DNA of 64,000 nucleotides, taken from contig OZ249436.1 of NCBI GenBank assembly GCA_965235115.1, positions 1,304,001 to 1,368,000 of the forward strand, written 5' to 3'. The notes under the pieces are model-generated. The model did no database searches. It was not told the DNA's origin and worked only from the letters and a program-made list of their open reading frames with translations. The translations under genes were made by a program, and so were the position numbers. Source of the DNA: Laetmonice hystrix. Taxonomy: Eukaryota. This document shows, in pieces, positions 42,493 to 56,003 of this stretch; within the stretch, counting starts at the first letter, position 1; each line of letters begins with the position of its first letter.

Positions 42493-42665
42493 CAGTGGTG
42501 TACCCGGGGGGGGGGGGGGGGGGGGTTGCTGGGGTGCTCAAGCAGACTCCTCAATTTGCCCATTTTTTTGCGCTTGTTGCCCACAGCCCCCTCACAATTT
42601 GCAGCGCCTACGACGTTGGTTATTTCCAGCACCCCCCCTGGGTCCAGTTTCTGGGTACGCCACCG
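42493..42665. mobile_element. Short MITE (cagtggtgtaccc ... gggtacgccaccg)
   Basis: Imperfect 13-bp TIRs, internal poly-G, flanked on both sides by tagac. Confidence 0.7.
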
Positions 42666-43664
42666 TAGACTGCTGGATGCCGGTCGATAAACGCACACCA
42701 TATCTCTACCACTTCCATGACTTTTGGAACAGGTTAACACAATCATCAAGAAATCAAGTTAAACTTTTCGTACGAATGAAGACTTGTAGATAAAGACACT
42801 CCAACATCGTTATGTACGAACGCCGCGACTAAAGCCTGGCGCACACTGGTGTACACTGGTGTCTACTCGTCGGTGTAGGCCAGTGTGACAGATTTGCAAG
42901 TCCCCCTGAAATGCAAGACCTACTATCCCTGAAATATAAGTCGGACGCACCTACATTGCTAGAGCTCTCGAACTTCGTGTTTTGTATTATTCAAATATTT
43001 CTTCATAGTCCTATCCCTAATCATAACCTTAACCATAATCTATTTGTATTTTCTTAATTATGCCTATATTGGCTTGTACCACGAAGTTGATGACCTCGGA
43101 CCTGCATAACCATGCAGAGAACCCAGTGGACGCCCTATTCCCTTCACCCCTGCCATAATCTCCCAGCATAGAGGCGTGGATATTAAAGGATACAGGCCGA
43201 GCTGTAGGTTAGCAGTACCATAGGGGAAGATTGCTTCAAGAATTCATTTTGCTAATTGCAATCGGTCTTTCTGTTACTGCATTTTCTGTTACTGCATTCG
43301 TTCACGACTTTAGACCCGTGCAAAGTGTGTGTGGGCGTTTCTCCACCATAGTCTCAGGTTGCGTGCAATAGATAGCTATAGGATTTCCTTCCCTTAAGTG
43401 TTTCTATCAAATTACCTAAACTGCCCGCATGGGCGCCCCGGAACGTGTCTCGATTTCTCTCGCCTCTGGGGCGAGAGTACGGGAGAAGGTGGTAAAGAAT
43501 CGTGACGCTAGGTGGTGTTGTTACAGATATCATCTCGAGAGTTCGTACTACGTCCTCCCTCGGCAGGCTTGTCATTCTATAACAGAAAACTTGAGTGTGA
43601 AATATGGAACACGGTCGTTTCAGATTCAGGCTCCTGTGCCATTTGGAGCAACTTTAATAGCTTA

Positions 43665-46600
43665 TGATCTGCTAGAAGAAGTGGCCACATCATTGGGCAA
43701 GCTTTAGTAGCTCATGATCTGCTAGAAGAAGTGGCCACATCATTGGGCAAGCTTTAGTAGCTCATGATCTGCTAGAAGAAGTGGCCACATCATTGGGCAA
43801 GGATCTGCTAGAAGAAGTGGCCACATCATTGGGCAAGCTTTAGTAGCTCATGATCTGCTAGAAGAAGTGGCCACATCATTGGGCAAGCTTTAGTAGGTCA
43901 TGATCTGCTAGAAGAAGTGGCCACATCATTGGGCAAGCTTTAGTAGGTCATGATCTGCTAGAAGAAGTGGCCACATCATTGGGCAAGCTTTAGTAGGTCA
44001 TGATCTGCTAGAAGAAGTGGCCACATCATTGGGCAAGCTTTAGTAGCTCATGATCTGCTAGAAGAAGTGGCCACATCATTGGGCAAGCTTTAGTAGCTCA
44101 TGGTCTGCTAGAAGATGTGGCCACATCATTGGGCAAGCTTTAGTAGCTCCTGATCTGCTAGAAGCAGTGGCCACATCATTGGGCAAGCTTTAGTAGCTCA
44201 TGATCTGCTAGAAGATGTGGCCACATCATTGGGCAAGCTTTAGTAGCTCATGATCTGCTAGAAGAAGTGGCCACATCATTGGGCAAGCTTTAGTAGCTCA
44301 TGATCTGCTAGAAGATGTGGCCACATCATTGGGCAAGCTTTAGTAGCTCATGATCTGCTAGAAGAAGTGGCCACATCATTGGGCAAGCTTTAGTAGCTCA
44401 TGATCTGCTAGAAGAAGTGGCCACATCATTGGGCAAGCTTTAGTAGCTCATGATCTGCTAGAAGAAGGGGTCACATCATTGGGCAAGCTTTAGTAGCTCA
44501 TGATCTGCTAGAAGAAGGGGTCACATCATTGGGCAAGCTTTAGTAGCTCATGATCTGCTAGAAGATGTGGCCACATCATTGGGCAAGCTTTAGTAGCTCA
44601 TGATCTGCTAGAAGAAGTGGCCACATCATTGGGCAAGCTTTAGTAGCTCATGATCTGCTAGAAGAAGTGGCCACATCATTGGGCAAGCTTTAGTAGCTCA
44701 TGATCTGCTGGAAGAAGTGGTCACATCATTGGGCAAGCTTTAGTAGCTCATGATCTGCTAGAAGAAGGGGTCACATCATTGGGCAAGCTTTAGTAGCTCA
44801 TGATCTGCTAGAAGAAGTGGCCACATCATTGGGCAAGCTTTAGTAGCTCATGATCTGCTAGAAGAAGTTGCCACATCATTGGGCAAGCTTTAGTAGCTCA
44901 TGATCTGCTGGAAGAAGTGGCCACATCATTGGGCAAGCTTTAGTAGCTCATGATCTGCTAGAAGAAGGGGCCACATCATTGGGCAAGCTTTAGTAGCTCA
45001 TGATCTGCTAGAAGAAGTGGCTACATCATTGGGCAAGCTTTAGTAGCTCATGATCTGCTAGAAGAAGTGGTCACATCATTGGGCAAGCTTTAGTAGCTCA
45101 TGATCTGCTAGAAGAAGGGGTCACATCATTGGGCAAGCTTTAGTAGCTCATGATCTGCTAGAAGAAGTGGCCACATCATTGGGCAAGCTTTAGTAGCTCA
45201 TGATCTGCTAGAAGAAGTGGCCACATCATTGGGCAAGCTTTAGTAGCTCATGATCTGCTAGAAGAAGTGGCCACATCATTGGGCAAGCTTTAGTAGCTCA
45301 TGATCTGCTAGAAGAAGGGGCCACATCATTGGGCAAGCTTTAGTAGCTCATGATCTGCTAGAAGAAGGGGTCACATCATTGGGCAAGCTTTAGTAGCTCA
45401 TGATCTGCTAGAAGATGTGGCCACATCATTGGGCAAGCTTTAGTAGCTCATGATCTGCTAGAAGAAGTGGCCACATCATTGGGCAAGCTTTAGTAGCTCA
45501 TGATCTGCTAGAAGAAGTGGCCACATCATTGGGCAAGCTTTAGTAGCTCATGATCTGCTGGAAGAAGTGGTCACATCATTGGGCAAGCTTTAGTAGCTCA
45601 TGATCTGCTAGAAGAAGGGGTCACATCATTGGGCAAGCTTTAGTAGCTCATGATCTGCTAGAAGAAGTGGCCACATCATTGGGCAAGCTTTAGTAGCTCA
45701 TGATCTGCTGGAAGAAGTGGCCACATCATTGGGCAAGCTTTAGTAGCTCATGATCTGCTAGAAGAAGTGGCCACATCATTGGGCAAGCTTTAGTAGCTCA
45801 TGATCTGCTAGAAGAAGTGGCCACATCATTGGGCAAGCTTTAGTAGCTCATGATCTGCTAGAAGAAGTGGCCACATCATTGGGCAAGCTTTAGTAGCTCA
45901 TGATCTGCTAGAAGAAGTGGCCACATCATTGGGCAAGCTTTAGTAGCTCATGATCTGCTAGAAGAAGTGGCCACATCATTGGGCAAGCTTTAGTAGCTCA
46001 TGATCTGCTGGAAGAAGTGGTCACATCATTGGGCAAGCTTTAGTAGCTCATGATCTGCTAGAAGAAGGGGTCACATCATTGGGCAAGCTTTAGTAGCTCA
46101 TGATCTGCTAGAAGAAGTGGCCACATCATTGGGCAAGCTTTAGTAGCTCATGATCTGCTGGAAGAAGTGGCCACATCATTGGGCAAGCTTTAGTAGCTCA
46201 TGATCTGCTGGAAGAAGTGGCCACATCATTGGGCAAGCTTTAGTAGCTCATGATCTGCTAGAAGAAGGGGCCACATCATTGGGCAAGCTTTAGTAGCTCA
46301 TGATCTGCTAGAAGAAGTGGCCACATCATTGGGCAAGCTTTAGTAGCTCATGATCTGCTAGAAGAAGTGGTCACATCATTGGGCAAGCTTTAGTAGCTCA
46401 TGATCTGCTAGAAGAAGGGGTCACATCATTGGGCAAGCTTTAGTAGCTCATGATCTGCTAGAAGAAGTGGCCACATCATTGGGCAAGCTTTAGTAGCTCA
46501 TGATCTGCTAGAAGAAGTGGCCACATCATTGGGCAAGCTTTAGTAGCTCATGATCTGCTAGAAGAAGTGGCCACATCATTGGGCAAGCTTTAGTAGCTCA

Positions 46601-49600
46601 TGATCTGCTAGAAGAAGTGGCCACATCATTGGGCAAGCTTTAGTAGCTCATGATCTGCTGGAAGAAGTGGTCACATCATTGGGCAAGCTTTAGTAGCTCA
46701 TGATCTGCTAGAAGAAGGGGTCACATCATTGGGCAAGCTTTAGTAGCTCATGATCTGCTAGAAGAAGTGGCCACATCATTGGGCAAGCTTTAGTAGCTCA
46801 TGATCTGCTGGAAGAAGTGGCCACATCATTGGGCAAGCTTTAGTAGCTCATGATCTGCTGGAAGAAGTGGTCACATCATTGGGCAAGCTTTAGTAGCTCA
46901 TGATCTGCTAGAAGAAGGGGTCACATCATTGGGCAAGCTTTAGTAGCTCATGATCTGCTAGAAGAAGTGGCCACATCATTGGGCAAGCTTTAGTAGCTCA
47001 TGATCTGCTGGAAGAAGTGGCCACATCATTGGGCAAGCTTTAGTAGCTCATGATCTGCTGGAAGAAGTGGCCACATCATTGGGCAAGCTTTAGTAGCTCA
47101 TGATCTGCTAGAAGAAGGGGCCACATCATTGGGCAAGCTTTAGTAGCTCATGATCTGCTAGAAGAAGTGGCCACATCATTGGGCAAGCTTTAGTAGCTCA
47201 TGATCTGCTAGAAGAAGTGGTCACATCATTGGGCAAGCTTTAGTAGCTCATGATCTGCTAGAAGAAGGGGTCACATCATTGGGCAAGCTTTAGTAGCTCA
47301 TGATCTGCTAGAAGAAGTGGCCACATCATTGGGCAAGCTTTAGTAGCTCATGATCTGCTAGAAGAAGTGGCCACATCATTGGGCAAGCTTTAGTAGCTCA
47401 TGATCTGCTAGAAGAAGTGGCCACATCATTGGGCAAGCTTTAGTAGCTCATGATCTGCTAGAAGAAGTGGCCACATCATTGGGCAAGCTTTAGTAGCTCA
47501 TGATCTGCTAGAAGAAGTGGCCACATCATTGGGCAAGCTTTAGTAGCTCATGATCTGCTGGAAGAAGTGGCCACATCATTGGGCAAGCTTTAGTAGCTCA
47601 TGATCTGCTGGAAGAAGTGGTCACATCATTGGGCAAGCTTTAGTAGCTCATGATCTGCTAGAAGAAGGGGTCACATCATTGGGCAAGCTTTAGTAGCTCA
47701 TGATCTGCTGGAAGAAGTGGCCACATCATTGGGCAAGCTTTAGTAGCTCATGATCTGCTGGAAGAAGTGGCCACATCATTGGGCAAGCTTTAGTAGCTCA
47801 TGATCTGCTGGAAGAAGTGGCCACATCATTGGGCAAGCTTTAGTAGCTCATGATCTGCTAGAAGAAGGGGCCACATCATTGGGCAAGCTTTAGTAGCTCA
47901 TGATCTGCTAGAAGAAGTGGCCACATCATTGGGCAAGCTTTAGTAGCTCATGATCTGCTAGAAGAAGTGGTCACATCATTGGGCAAGCTTTAGTAGCTCA
48001 TGATCTGCTAGAAGAAGGGGTCACATCATTGGGCAAGCTTTAGTAGCTCATGATCTGCTAGAAGAAGTGGCCACATCATTGGGCAAGCTTTAGTAGCTCA
48101 TGATCTGCTAGAAGAAGTGGCCACATCATTGGGCAAGCTTTAGTAGCTCATGATCTGCTAGAAGAAGTGGCCACATCATTGGGCAAGCTTTAGTAGCTCA
48201 TGATCTGCTAGAAGAAGGGGCCACATCATTGGGCAAGCTTTAGTAGCTCATGATCTGCTAGAAGAAGTGGCCACATCATTGGGCAAGCTTTAGTAGCTCA
48301 TGATCTGCTAGAAGAAGTGGCCACATCATTGGGCAAGCTTTAGTAGCTCATGATCTGCTAGAAGAAGTGGCCACATCATTGGGCAAGCTTTAGTAGCTCA
48401 TGATCTGCTAGAAGATGTGGCCACATCATTGGGCAAGCTTTAGTAGCTCATGATCTGCTAGAAGAAGGGGTCACATCATTGGGCAAGCTTTAGTAGCTCA
48501 TGATCTGCTAGAAGAAGGGGTCACATCATTGGGCAAGCTTTAGTAGCTCATGATCTGCTAGAAGATGTGGCCACATCATTGGGCAAGCTTTAGTAGCTCA
48601 TGAACTGCTAGAAGAAGTGGCCACATCATTGGGCAAGCTTTAGTAGCTCATGATCTGCTGGAAGAAGTGGCCACATCATTGGGCAAGCTTTAGTAGCTCA
48701 TGATCTGCTGGAAGAAGTGGTCACATCATTGGGCAAGCTTTAGTAGCTCATGATCTGCTAGAAGAAGGGGTCACATCATTGGGCAAGCTTTAGTAGCTCA
48801 TGATCTCCTGGAAGAAGTGGCCACATCATTGGGCAAGCTTTAGTAGCTCATGATCTGCTGGAAGAAGTGGCCACATCATTGGGCAAGCTTTAGTAGCTCA
48901 TGATCTGCTGGAAGAAGTGGCCACATCATTGGGCAAGCTTTAGTAGCTCATGATCTGCTAGAAGAAGGGGCCACATCATTGGGCAAGCTTTAGTAGCTCA
49001 TGATCTGCTAGAAGAAGTGGCCACATCATTGGGCAAGCTTTAGTAGCTCATGATCTGCTAGAAGAAGTGGTCACATCATTGGGCAAGCTTTAGTAGCTCA
49101 TGATCTGCTAGAAGAAGGGGTCACATCATTGGGCAAGCTTTAGTAGCTCATGATCTGCTAGAAGAAGTGGCCACATCATTGGGCAAGCTTTAGTAGCTCA
49201 TGATCTGCTAGAAGAAGTGGCCACATCATTGGGCAAGCTTTAGTAGCTCATGATCTGCTAGAAGAAGTGGCCACATCATTGGGCAAGCTTTAGTAGCTCA
49301 TGATCTGCTAGAAGAAGGGGCCACATCATTGGGCAAGCTTTAGTAGCTCATGATCTGCTAGAAGAAGTGGCCACATCATTGGGCAAGCTTTAGTAGCTCA
49401 TGATCTGCTAGAAGAAGTGGCCATATCATTGGGCAAGCTTTAGTAGCTCATGATCTGCTAGAAGAAGTGGCCACATCATTGGGCAAGCTTTAGTAGCTCA
49501 TGATCTGCTAGAAGATGTGGCCACATCATTGGGCAAGCTTTAGTAGCTCATGATCTGCTAGAAGAAGTGGCCACATCATTGGGCAAGCTTTAGTAGCTCA

Positions 49601-51154
49601 TGATCTGCTAGAAGATGTGGCCACATCATTGGGCAAGCTTTAGTAGCTCATGATCTGCTAGAAGAAGTGGCCACATCATTGGGCAAGCTTTAGTAGCTCA
49701 TGATCTGCTAGAAGAAGGGGTCACATCATTGGGCAAGCTTTAGTAGCTCATGATCTGCTAGAAGAAGGGGTCACATCATTGGGCAAGCTTTAGTAGCTCA
49801 TGATCTGCTAGAAGATGTGGCCACATCATTGGGCAAGCTTTAGTAGCTCATGAACTGCTAGAAGAAGTGGCCACATCATTGGGCAAGCTTTAGTAGCTCA
49901 TGATCTGCTGGAAGAAGTGGCCACATCATTGGGCAAGCTTTAGTAGCTCATGATCTGCTGGAAGAAGTGGTCACATCATTGGGCAAGCTTTAGTAGCTCA
50001 TGATCTGCTAGAAGAAGGGGTCACATCATTGGGCAAGCTTTAGTAGCTCATGATCTGCTAGAAGAAGTGGCCACATCATTGGGCAAGCTTTAGTAGCTCA
50101 TGATCTGCTGGAAGAAGTGGCCACATCATTGGGCAAGCTTTAGTAGCTCATGATCTGCTGGAAGAAGTGGCCACATCATTGGGCAAGCTTTAGTAGCTCA
50201 TGATCTGCTAGAAGAAGGGGCCACATCATTGGGCAAGCTTTAGTAGCTCATGATCTGCTAGAAGAAGTGGCTACATCATTGGGCAAGCTTTAGTAGCTCA
50301 TGATCTGCTAGAAGAAGTGGTCACATCATTGGGCAAGCTTTAGTAGCTCATGATCTGCTAGAAGAAGGGGTCACATCATTGGGCAAGCTTTAGTAGCTCA
50401 TGATCTGCTAGAAGAAGTGGCCACATCATTGGGCAAGCTTTAGTAGCTCATGATCTGCTAGCAGAAGTGGCCACATCATTGGGCAAGCTTTAGTAGCTCA
50501 TGATCTGCTAGAAGAAGTGGCCACATCATTGGGCAAGCTTTAGTAGCTCATGATCTGCTAGAAGAAGTGGCCATATCATTGGGCAAGCTTTAGTAGCTCA
50601 TGATCTGCTAGAAGAAGTGGCCACATCATTGGGCAAGCTTTAGTAGCTCATGATCTGCTAGCAGAAGTGGCCACATCATTGGGCAAGCTTTAGTAGCTCA
50701 TGATCTGCTAGAAGAAGGGGTCACATCATTGGGCAAGCTTTAGTAGCTCATGATCTGCTAGAAGAAGGGGTCACATCATTGGGCAAGCTTTAGTAGCTCA
50801 TGATCTGCTAGAAGAAGGGGTCACATCATTGGGCAAGCTTTAGTAGCTCATGATCTGCTAGAAGAAGTGGCCACATCATTGGGCAAGCTTTAGTAGCTCA
50901 TGATCTGCTGGAAGAAGTGGCCACATCATTGGGCAAGCTTTAGTAGCTCATGATCTGCTAGAAGAAGTGGCTACATCATTGGGCAAGCTTTAGTAGCTCA
51001 TGATCTGCTAGAAGAAGTGGCCACATCATTGGGCAAGCTTTAGTAGCTCATGATCTGCTGGAAGAAGTGGCCACATCATTGGGCAAGCTTTAGTAGCTCA
51101 TGATCTGCTAGAAGAAGTGGCCACATCATTGGGCAAGCTTTAGTAGCTCATGAT
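43665..51154. repeat. Satellite array, 50-bp unit (tgatctgctagaagaagtggccacatcattgggcaagctttagtagctca), about 150 copies
   Basis: Strict 50-bp periodicity over 7.5 kb. Confidence 0.99.
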
Positions 51155-52057
51155 CGGAACAACGACCGATCGGTTTCCTGTAGTTACTTGGTGTTTCATA
51201 AACACAATGGGACGATTAACTAGAGTACCACAGTCGACAGGGCGACAGTGCGACAGTCGTGCTGTCGGGCGACAGTACGACAGTCGTACTGTCGGGCGAC
51301 AGTACCACAGTCGTGCTGTCGTGCGACAGTATAACTATATTTTTCACGACACCACCTACGACGTAACAGGGATCGCCCGACAAAATCGTATGCTAACTAA
51401 CTACATTTCTGTGGACGACAATTTTTGTGAAACGAAATTTACTACAGATCGGCCGACGATTGTTCCGCCAATGTCATCAACGTCCGACAGTGACGACTAA
51501 CTACACCGGTTTAAGAACCCCCCTCCCATGTCATCCCGAAATCCATGCACTTATCCTGAAATAACAGAACAATTGTTATGAAATATTAGCGCTGATCCCA
51601 CGATACATACACCATGAGTATCGACTTATGTAAGTGCCTTCAATAATTGCCATCCTAAGACACGGATATAATTACATAAACACAATAATGGACTAGAGTT
51701 TACCTGCCTGATAGCCAGGCTTTCGTCTCTTATCGGCGTCGGTGCCTTCATTCGCTAAATCATCCAATACCATTAACGTACATATGACACAATGTTAGCC
51801 TGAATTTTTCCTCCATTTCCATATACTACTCATTTCGTGTCAAGCAAAAGCTACTGTTTCCTGGGCAATTTGCTGGCGGATTCAGCATTCTCATGGCTAT
51901 GTTAAAACTTAAGCAACAAATGCAAGTAGTTAAAATAAATAACTGGGAATTGTCACACCGGAATAAACGTATCGCCTGTAGGACTGTGCAATATATTCGT
52001 TTGAGGCATGTCGAGGTGTGCAAGCGATGATTTTATTGTATACTTTTTAAGACAAGT

Positions 52058-52656
52058 GCCTGTGTGTTAGCATCATTCACAGTACCGCCTGTGTGTTAGC
52101 TTCATTCACAGACCGCCTGTGTGTTAGCATCATTCACAGTACCGCCTGTGTGTTAGCATCATTCACAGTACCGCCTGTGTGTTAGCATCATTCACAGACC
52201 GCCTGTGTGTTAGCTTCATTCACAGACCGCCTGTGTGTTAGCATCATTCACAGTACCGCCTGTGTGTTAGCATCATTCACAGACCGCCTGTGTGTTAGCA
52301 TCATTCACAGACCGCCTGTGTGTTAGCATCATTCACAGTACCGCCTGTGTGTTAGCATCATTCACAGTACCGCCTGTGTGTTAGCATCATTCACAGACCG
52401 CCTGTGTGTTAGCATCATTCACAGACCGCCTGTGTGTTAGCATCATTCACAGTACCGCCTGTGTGTTAGCATCATTCACAGTACCGCCTGTGTGTTAGCA
52501 TCATTCACAGTACCGCCTGTGTGTTAGCATCATTCACAGACCGCCTGTGTGTTAGCATCATTCACAGTACCGCCTGTGTGTTAGCATCATTCACAGACCG
52601 CCTGTGTGTTAGCATCATTCACAGTACCGCCTGTGTGTTGGCATCATTCACAGTAC
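52058..52656. repeat. Minisatellite, 28/29-bp unit (ccgcctgtgtgttagcatcattcacag[t]a), about 21 copies
   Basis: Tandem periodicity. Confidence 0.98.
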
Positions 52657-52832
52657 AGAACAAGTGACGCCATCTACTGGAAGCCAACTATATTTCAGTT
52701 GTTTCGGACGTGCCTGTACTCTCCTAAACTTTGCCATTTTTTTCAACAGATCGACAGCTAGGTTGTGGTAGAACCAGGCCTGGCAAGGGTTAGCGGCTGA
52801 CTTGTAAAGCGTTTGTTTTGTTCTGTTTTCAG

Positions 52833-52932
52833 AGTGGGTATTTGGAGCGTTCCTGTGTAAGGCCATCCCTTACCTGCAAGCTGTGGCGGTCAGTGCTTCT
52901 GTGAACACGTTGGCCGCAGTGGCAATAGAAAG
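52833..52932 (+). CDS. Internal coding exon (ECL1-TM3) of a class A neuropeptide GPCR, SIFamide/NPFF receptor-like
   Basis: Acceptor ttctgttttcag and donor ag|gtaata; translates WVFGAFLCKAIPYLQAVAVSASVNTLAAVAIE(R), with the WxFG..C motif; splices in frame to 54006 to give ERY. Confidence 0.96.
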
Positions 52933-54005
52933 GTAATATAATAATTATGGCAACCGTTAAAACACAGACAGGGCATCAAATAGACATGCCCTCCCCAGGG
53001 ATCGAGAATTTGTTTAAAACATAATAGTTTATTATTTATACATGTATTAATATAAATCAATGCATACCATCTGACATAATTATATGATCTCAGGATGCAG
53101 TACATAGGCCTAAAGGGTGGGTGCCTGCTATACATGTTTAACATCTTACTGGGAAACAATTGTTTACTTCTCGTTTCTACCTTAGAGACTGGTCTACATT
53201 AGCTATGCGTTCATGAATTATTTATTTTTCCATGGAATAACGATAAAGGATGGGGGGGGGGGCATTAATTCTATCCACCATCTAGCCAGAACTCTGGCAG
53301 AACAGAGCGCGCCGTCTGCGAATTAAACGTTTGATACACAGCAGATGGCACGCGCCATCGATGTTTGGTGCTTGTTATACGTGGCTGTACGGGCGCCAGC
53401 CTGCCAACAGCACGTTCAACCCTCGGCCGGCTCAAGTAGAGCTAAGTGTGCCATCTGTAATGGTTACGGGCCATTTGTTGTATTGGTCGTAACGGTACGT
53501 CCCACACGGTTTCAAAACGTTTCGTACATGTAAAGAAAAACTAATCCGATAGAAAACTGCTTCCTTTACTCCCTTTACTCATACGAATATTTGAGACCTT
53601 GTTAACCAAGCAATTCTAATTAATTGAAATAGCTAGTTCGTCAATTGATTAATTAAATAATTAATTTACTGTCTACAAAATAAGGAGACGGATAAAGGAA
53701 TATCCAAACAGGATCGAACGATCGCTTTAACAGTATCTCGTGTATCGCGTAGTTGGCCATTTCAGTCTTTACGCCCGTATCATTCCAGTAACATCGTTTT
53801 TCGCCCCGAATGTTTTTCACCAGTTTGGTCAACTTTTTCCTCATACTGGTCAGAAGTGATAAAAATGGGATTTAAATTCATTTGTTACAAGTTTCTTTCA
53901 GGCAGTTTGGGCTTAATCTGCCTCGTTTATCCACTTTGATCACACTTATTTCACTATCACTCCTCAGTTTTTTTTCCTAACTCGTTTTCTTCTCTTTTCC
54001 TTCAG

Positions 54006-54633
54006 GTACTTTGCCATTTTCTATCCACAAAAGATGTTTATCACCCCACGGAGAGCCACTGTCATCATTTGCCTCGTGTGGCTCATTCCCATGGCCATCC
54101 AGCTGCCGTGGCCACTCGCTTACACCCATTACGTCTACACCAACCCGCGCTACTCGGGATCGCTCACCCTCTGCACGGCTGTTTTCAGTAGTGCCGACTT
54201 TGAGCGCGGATTCTTCCTCGGAGTCGTCTTCCTCAGCTGCTATCTAGTGCCAGTATGTTTTATATGCATCTGTTATGCTCTGATCGGTATCAAAGTTTGG
54301 AAGCGAAGCGTGGCCGGCATTCGAGGAAGTAAAACGGAAAGAAACATCCACCGCTCAAAGATCCGGATAGTGCGCATGCTCATCGTCGTCGTCTGCTTTT
54401 TTGGCTCGTCATGGCTTCCGCTTTACTCTTTGCGCATGCGCATACTGTACGGCCCGCCAATGGACTCGGAGGAGAAGAAATTAATCTGGACAATCACGCC
54501 ATTTGCCCAGTGGTTGTCGTCTGCCAATAGTTGTGTGAATCCCTTCATTTACTGCTACTTCAGTGAACAGTTCCGCCGGGGAATTCTGGGATTGTTAAAG
54601 AGCAGATCTTGTTGCGGAAAGATCCACGTATGA
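54006..54633 (+). CDS. Terminal coding exon (ICL2-TM7 and C-tail) of the SIFamide receptor-like GPCR; gene is 5'-incomplete in this window
   Basis: Strong polypyrimidine acceptor ...cttttccttcag; (R)YFAIFYP, TM4 W, ECL2 Cys, YLVP, SWLPLY, AQWLSSANSCVNPFIY, helix 8 FRRG. The AQWL..NSC.NP motif fits SIFamide/NPFF receptors; the subfamily is less certain than the GPCR call. Confidence 0.96.
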
Positions 54634-54981
54634 TTTCCTCCCATGAATTTCCTTACGTGTTTCTTTTTACTTTATCCACGGCTCCAGGAAACCATATGCC
54701 TCTGGCTCCCATTTTAACAGGCCAATTGTCTGTGCCCATCCATAATGCTCAACTCGGCCCCTGGAGAAGCCTTAAGGTACCAGCCATTACCGAGGCTGAT
54801 GTTGTACAAAAAGCATTATGCTGAAAAGTGAGAACTAATGAAAACGTCACCTGGCGCCTTTTTATAAAACACTCAGGTTCACAAATGAACTCTGAGCGTG
54901 AATATTCATTCTTACGCATCATTATGTTTTTTGGTTTTTTTTTATAGAAGCTAGTTTCCATGTTAAAGGATGAGTCCATGA

Positions 54982-55025
54982 AATAAATTTACATCATTGG
55001 AAAATTATACTTTTTCATAAATAAA
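54982..55025 (+). promoter_or_regulatory. Candidate polyadenylation signals of the GPCR
   Basis: AATAAA at 54982 and 55020, about 350 bp after the stop; the AT-rich context makes chance occurrence likely. Confidence 0.3.
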
Positions 55026-56003
55026 AATTGATAAAACATTTTATGCATCATACTTGTAAACTTTTAAAGCTGCTGCCACATGTGACAAAAGGTCACTCCT
55101 TCCGCTATAGTATAAGCTGACAGTAACCTCTCAAACTACACTGACCGTCAATGAAAATGCACCAATATATTTAACTAAAAATTGGCACTTTAAAAAAAGT
55201 ATCAACTGTCCTCTTTCCCACAATGCGGTGTTGTGGGAGACAGGAATAATCAGATATCAGGAATTTCACTATCGTCATGCATCAGTGATCACAGAGTCAT
55301 GTTGGTCAGGCCACATTAGTGCTCTACCATTGGGTAAAACCAATAGACCAGAACGTGAAAAGGGACTAAAAGGGGCACATATTGGCCCAAGATAAAACAG
55401 TGTTTAAAAGTGCTACGTTTACCGCGTGATGAAAGGAACGGTGCCATAGAAATACTGGCTGGTGGTGTGAGTTCAAGGCATTAATTATTAATTATTCCTT
55501 AATTAATGGTTGGTTAATTTAAACCAAATTCAGTGAAGCATAACTTCTTTTGTTTGTTCTTGTTAATAAACTTTAGTTGGAAAAATATATGCAGGACACA
55601 GACTGTGGTGCGTTTTCATTGACTGTCAGTATATATGCGTCATTTACTGTTTCTAGAGTCATCCTTTAATACGTTACAGCTGACATGTCAGTCAATGATT
55701 GCTTGCATTTTTTTGTCAAAGTCAGATATCCGCATTCAGTATAGCATTGTGAGAACAACCTCATTATTGTCATTATGACTGAATGATACCGAAGTATGTT
55801 AGATAAATAAGGAATGTAATTCACGCTATTTTCCTTTGAAGTTTCTTGATATGCCGCTCTCGTCGCATGAAAGGGTTCATTACATGAGCTGTTTGCAGTC
55901 TCAGTAAACATTGTGCTGTGTGTAATAGAGAAAAGTGATTGCAGGGGGATACAAAATGTTCTCTTTGATAAACAGACCCCAGATAAAGTCATTACTTGCC
56001 ACA

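Noticed and set aside
43010..43042. Telomere-like ccctaa/ccttaa motifs
   Set aside because: Only a few degenerate hexamers
1..51154. CRISPR-like arrays
   Set aside because: Head-to-tail units without unique spacers, no cas genes, eukaryotic context
54034..54036. ATG as the start of a 199-aa standalone protein
   Set aside because: It is an internal Met; the frame extends to the acceptor at 54006 and joins the upstream exon
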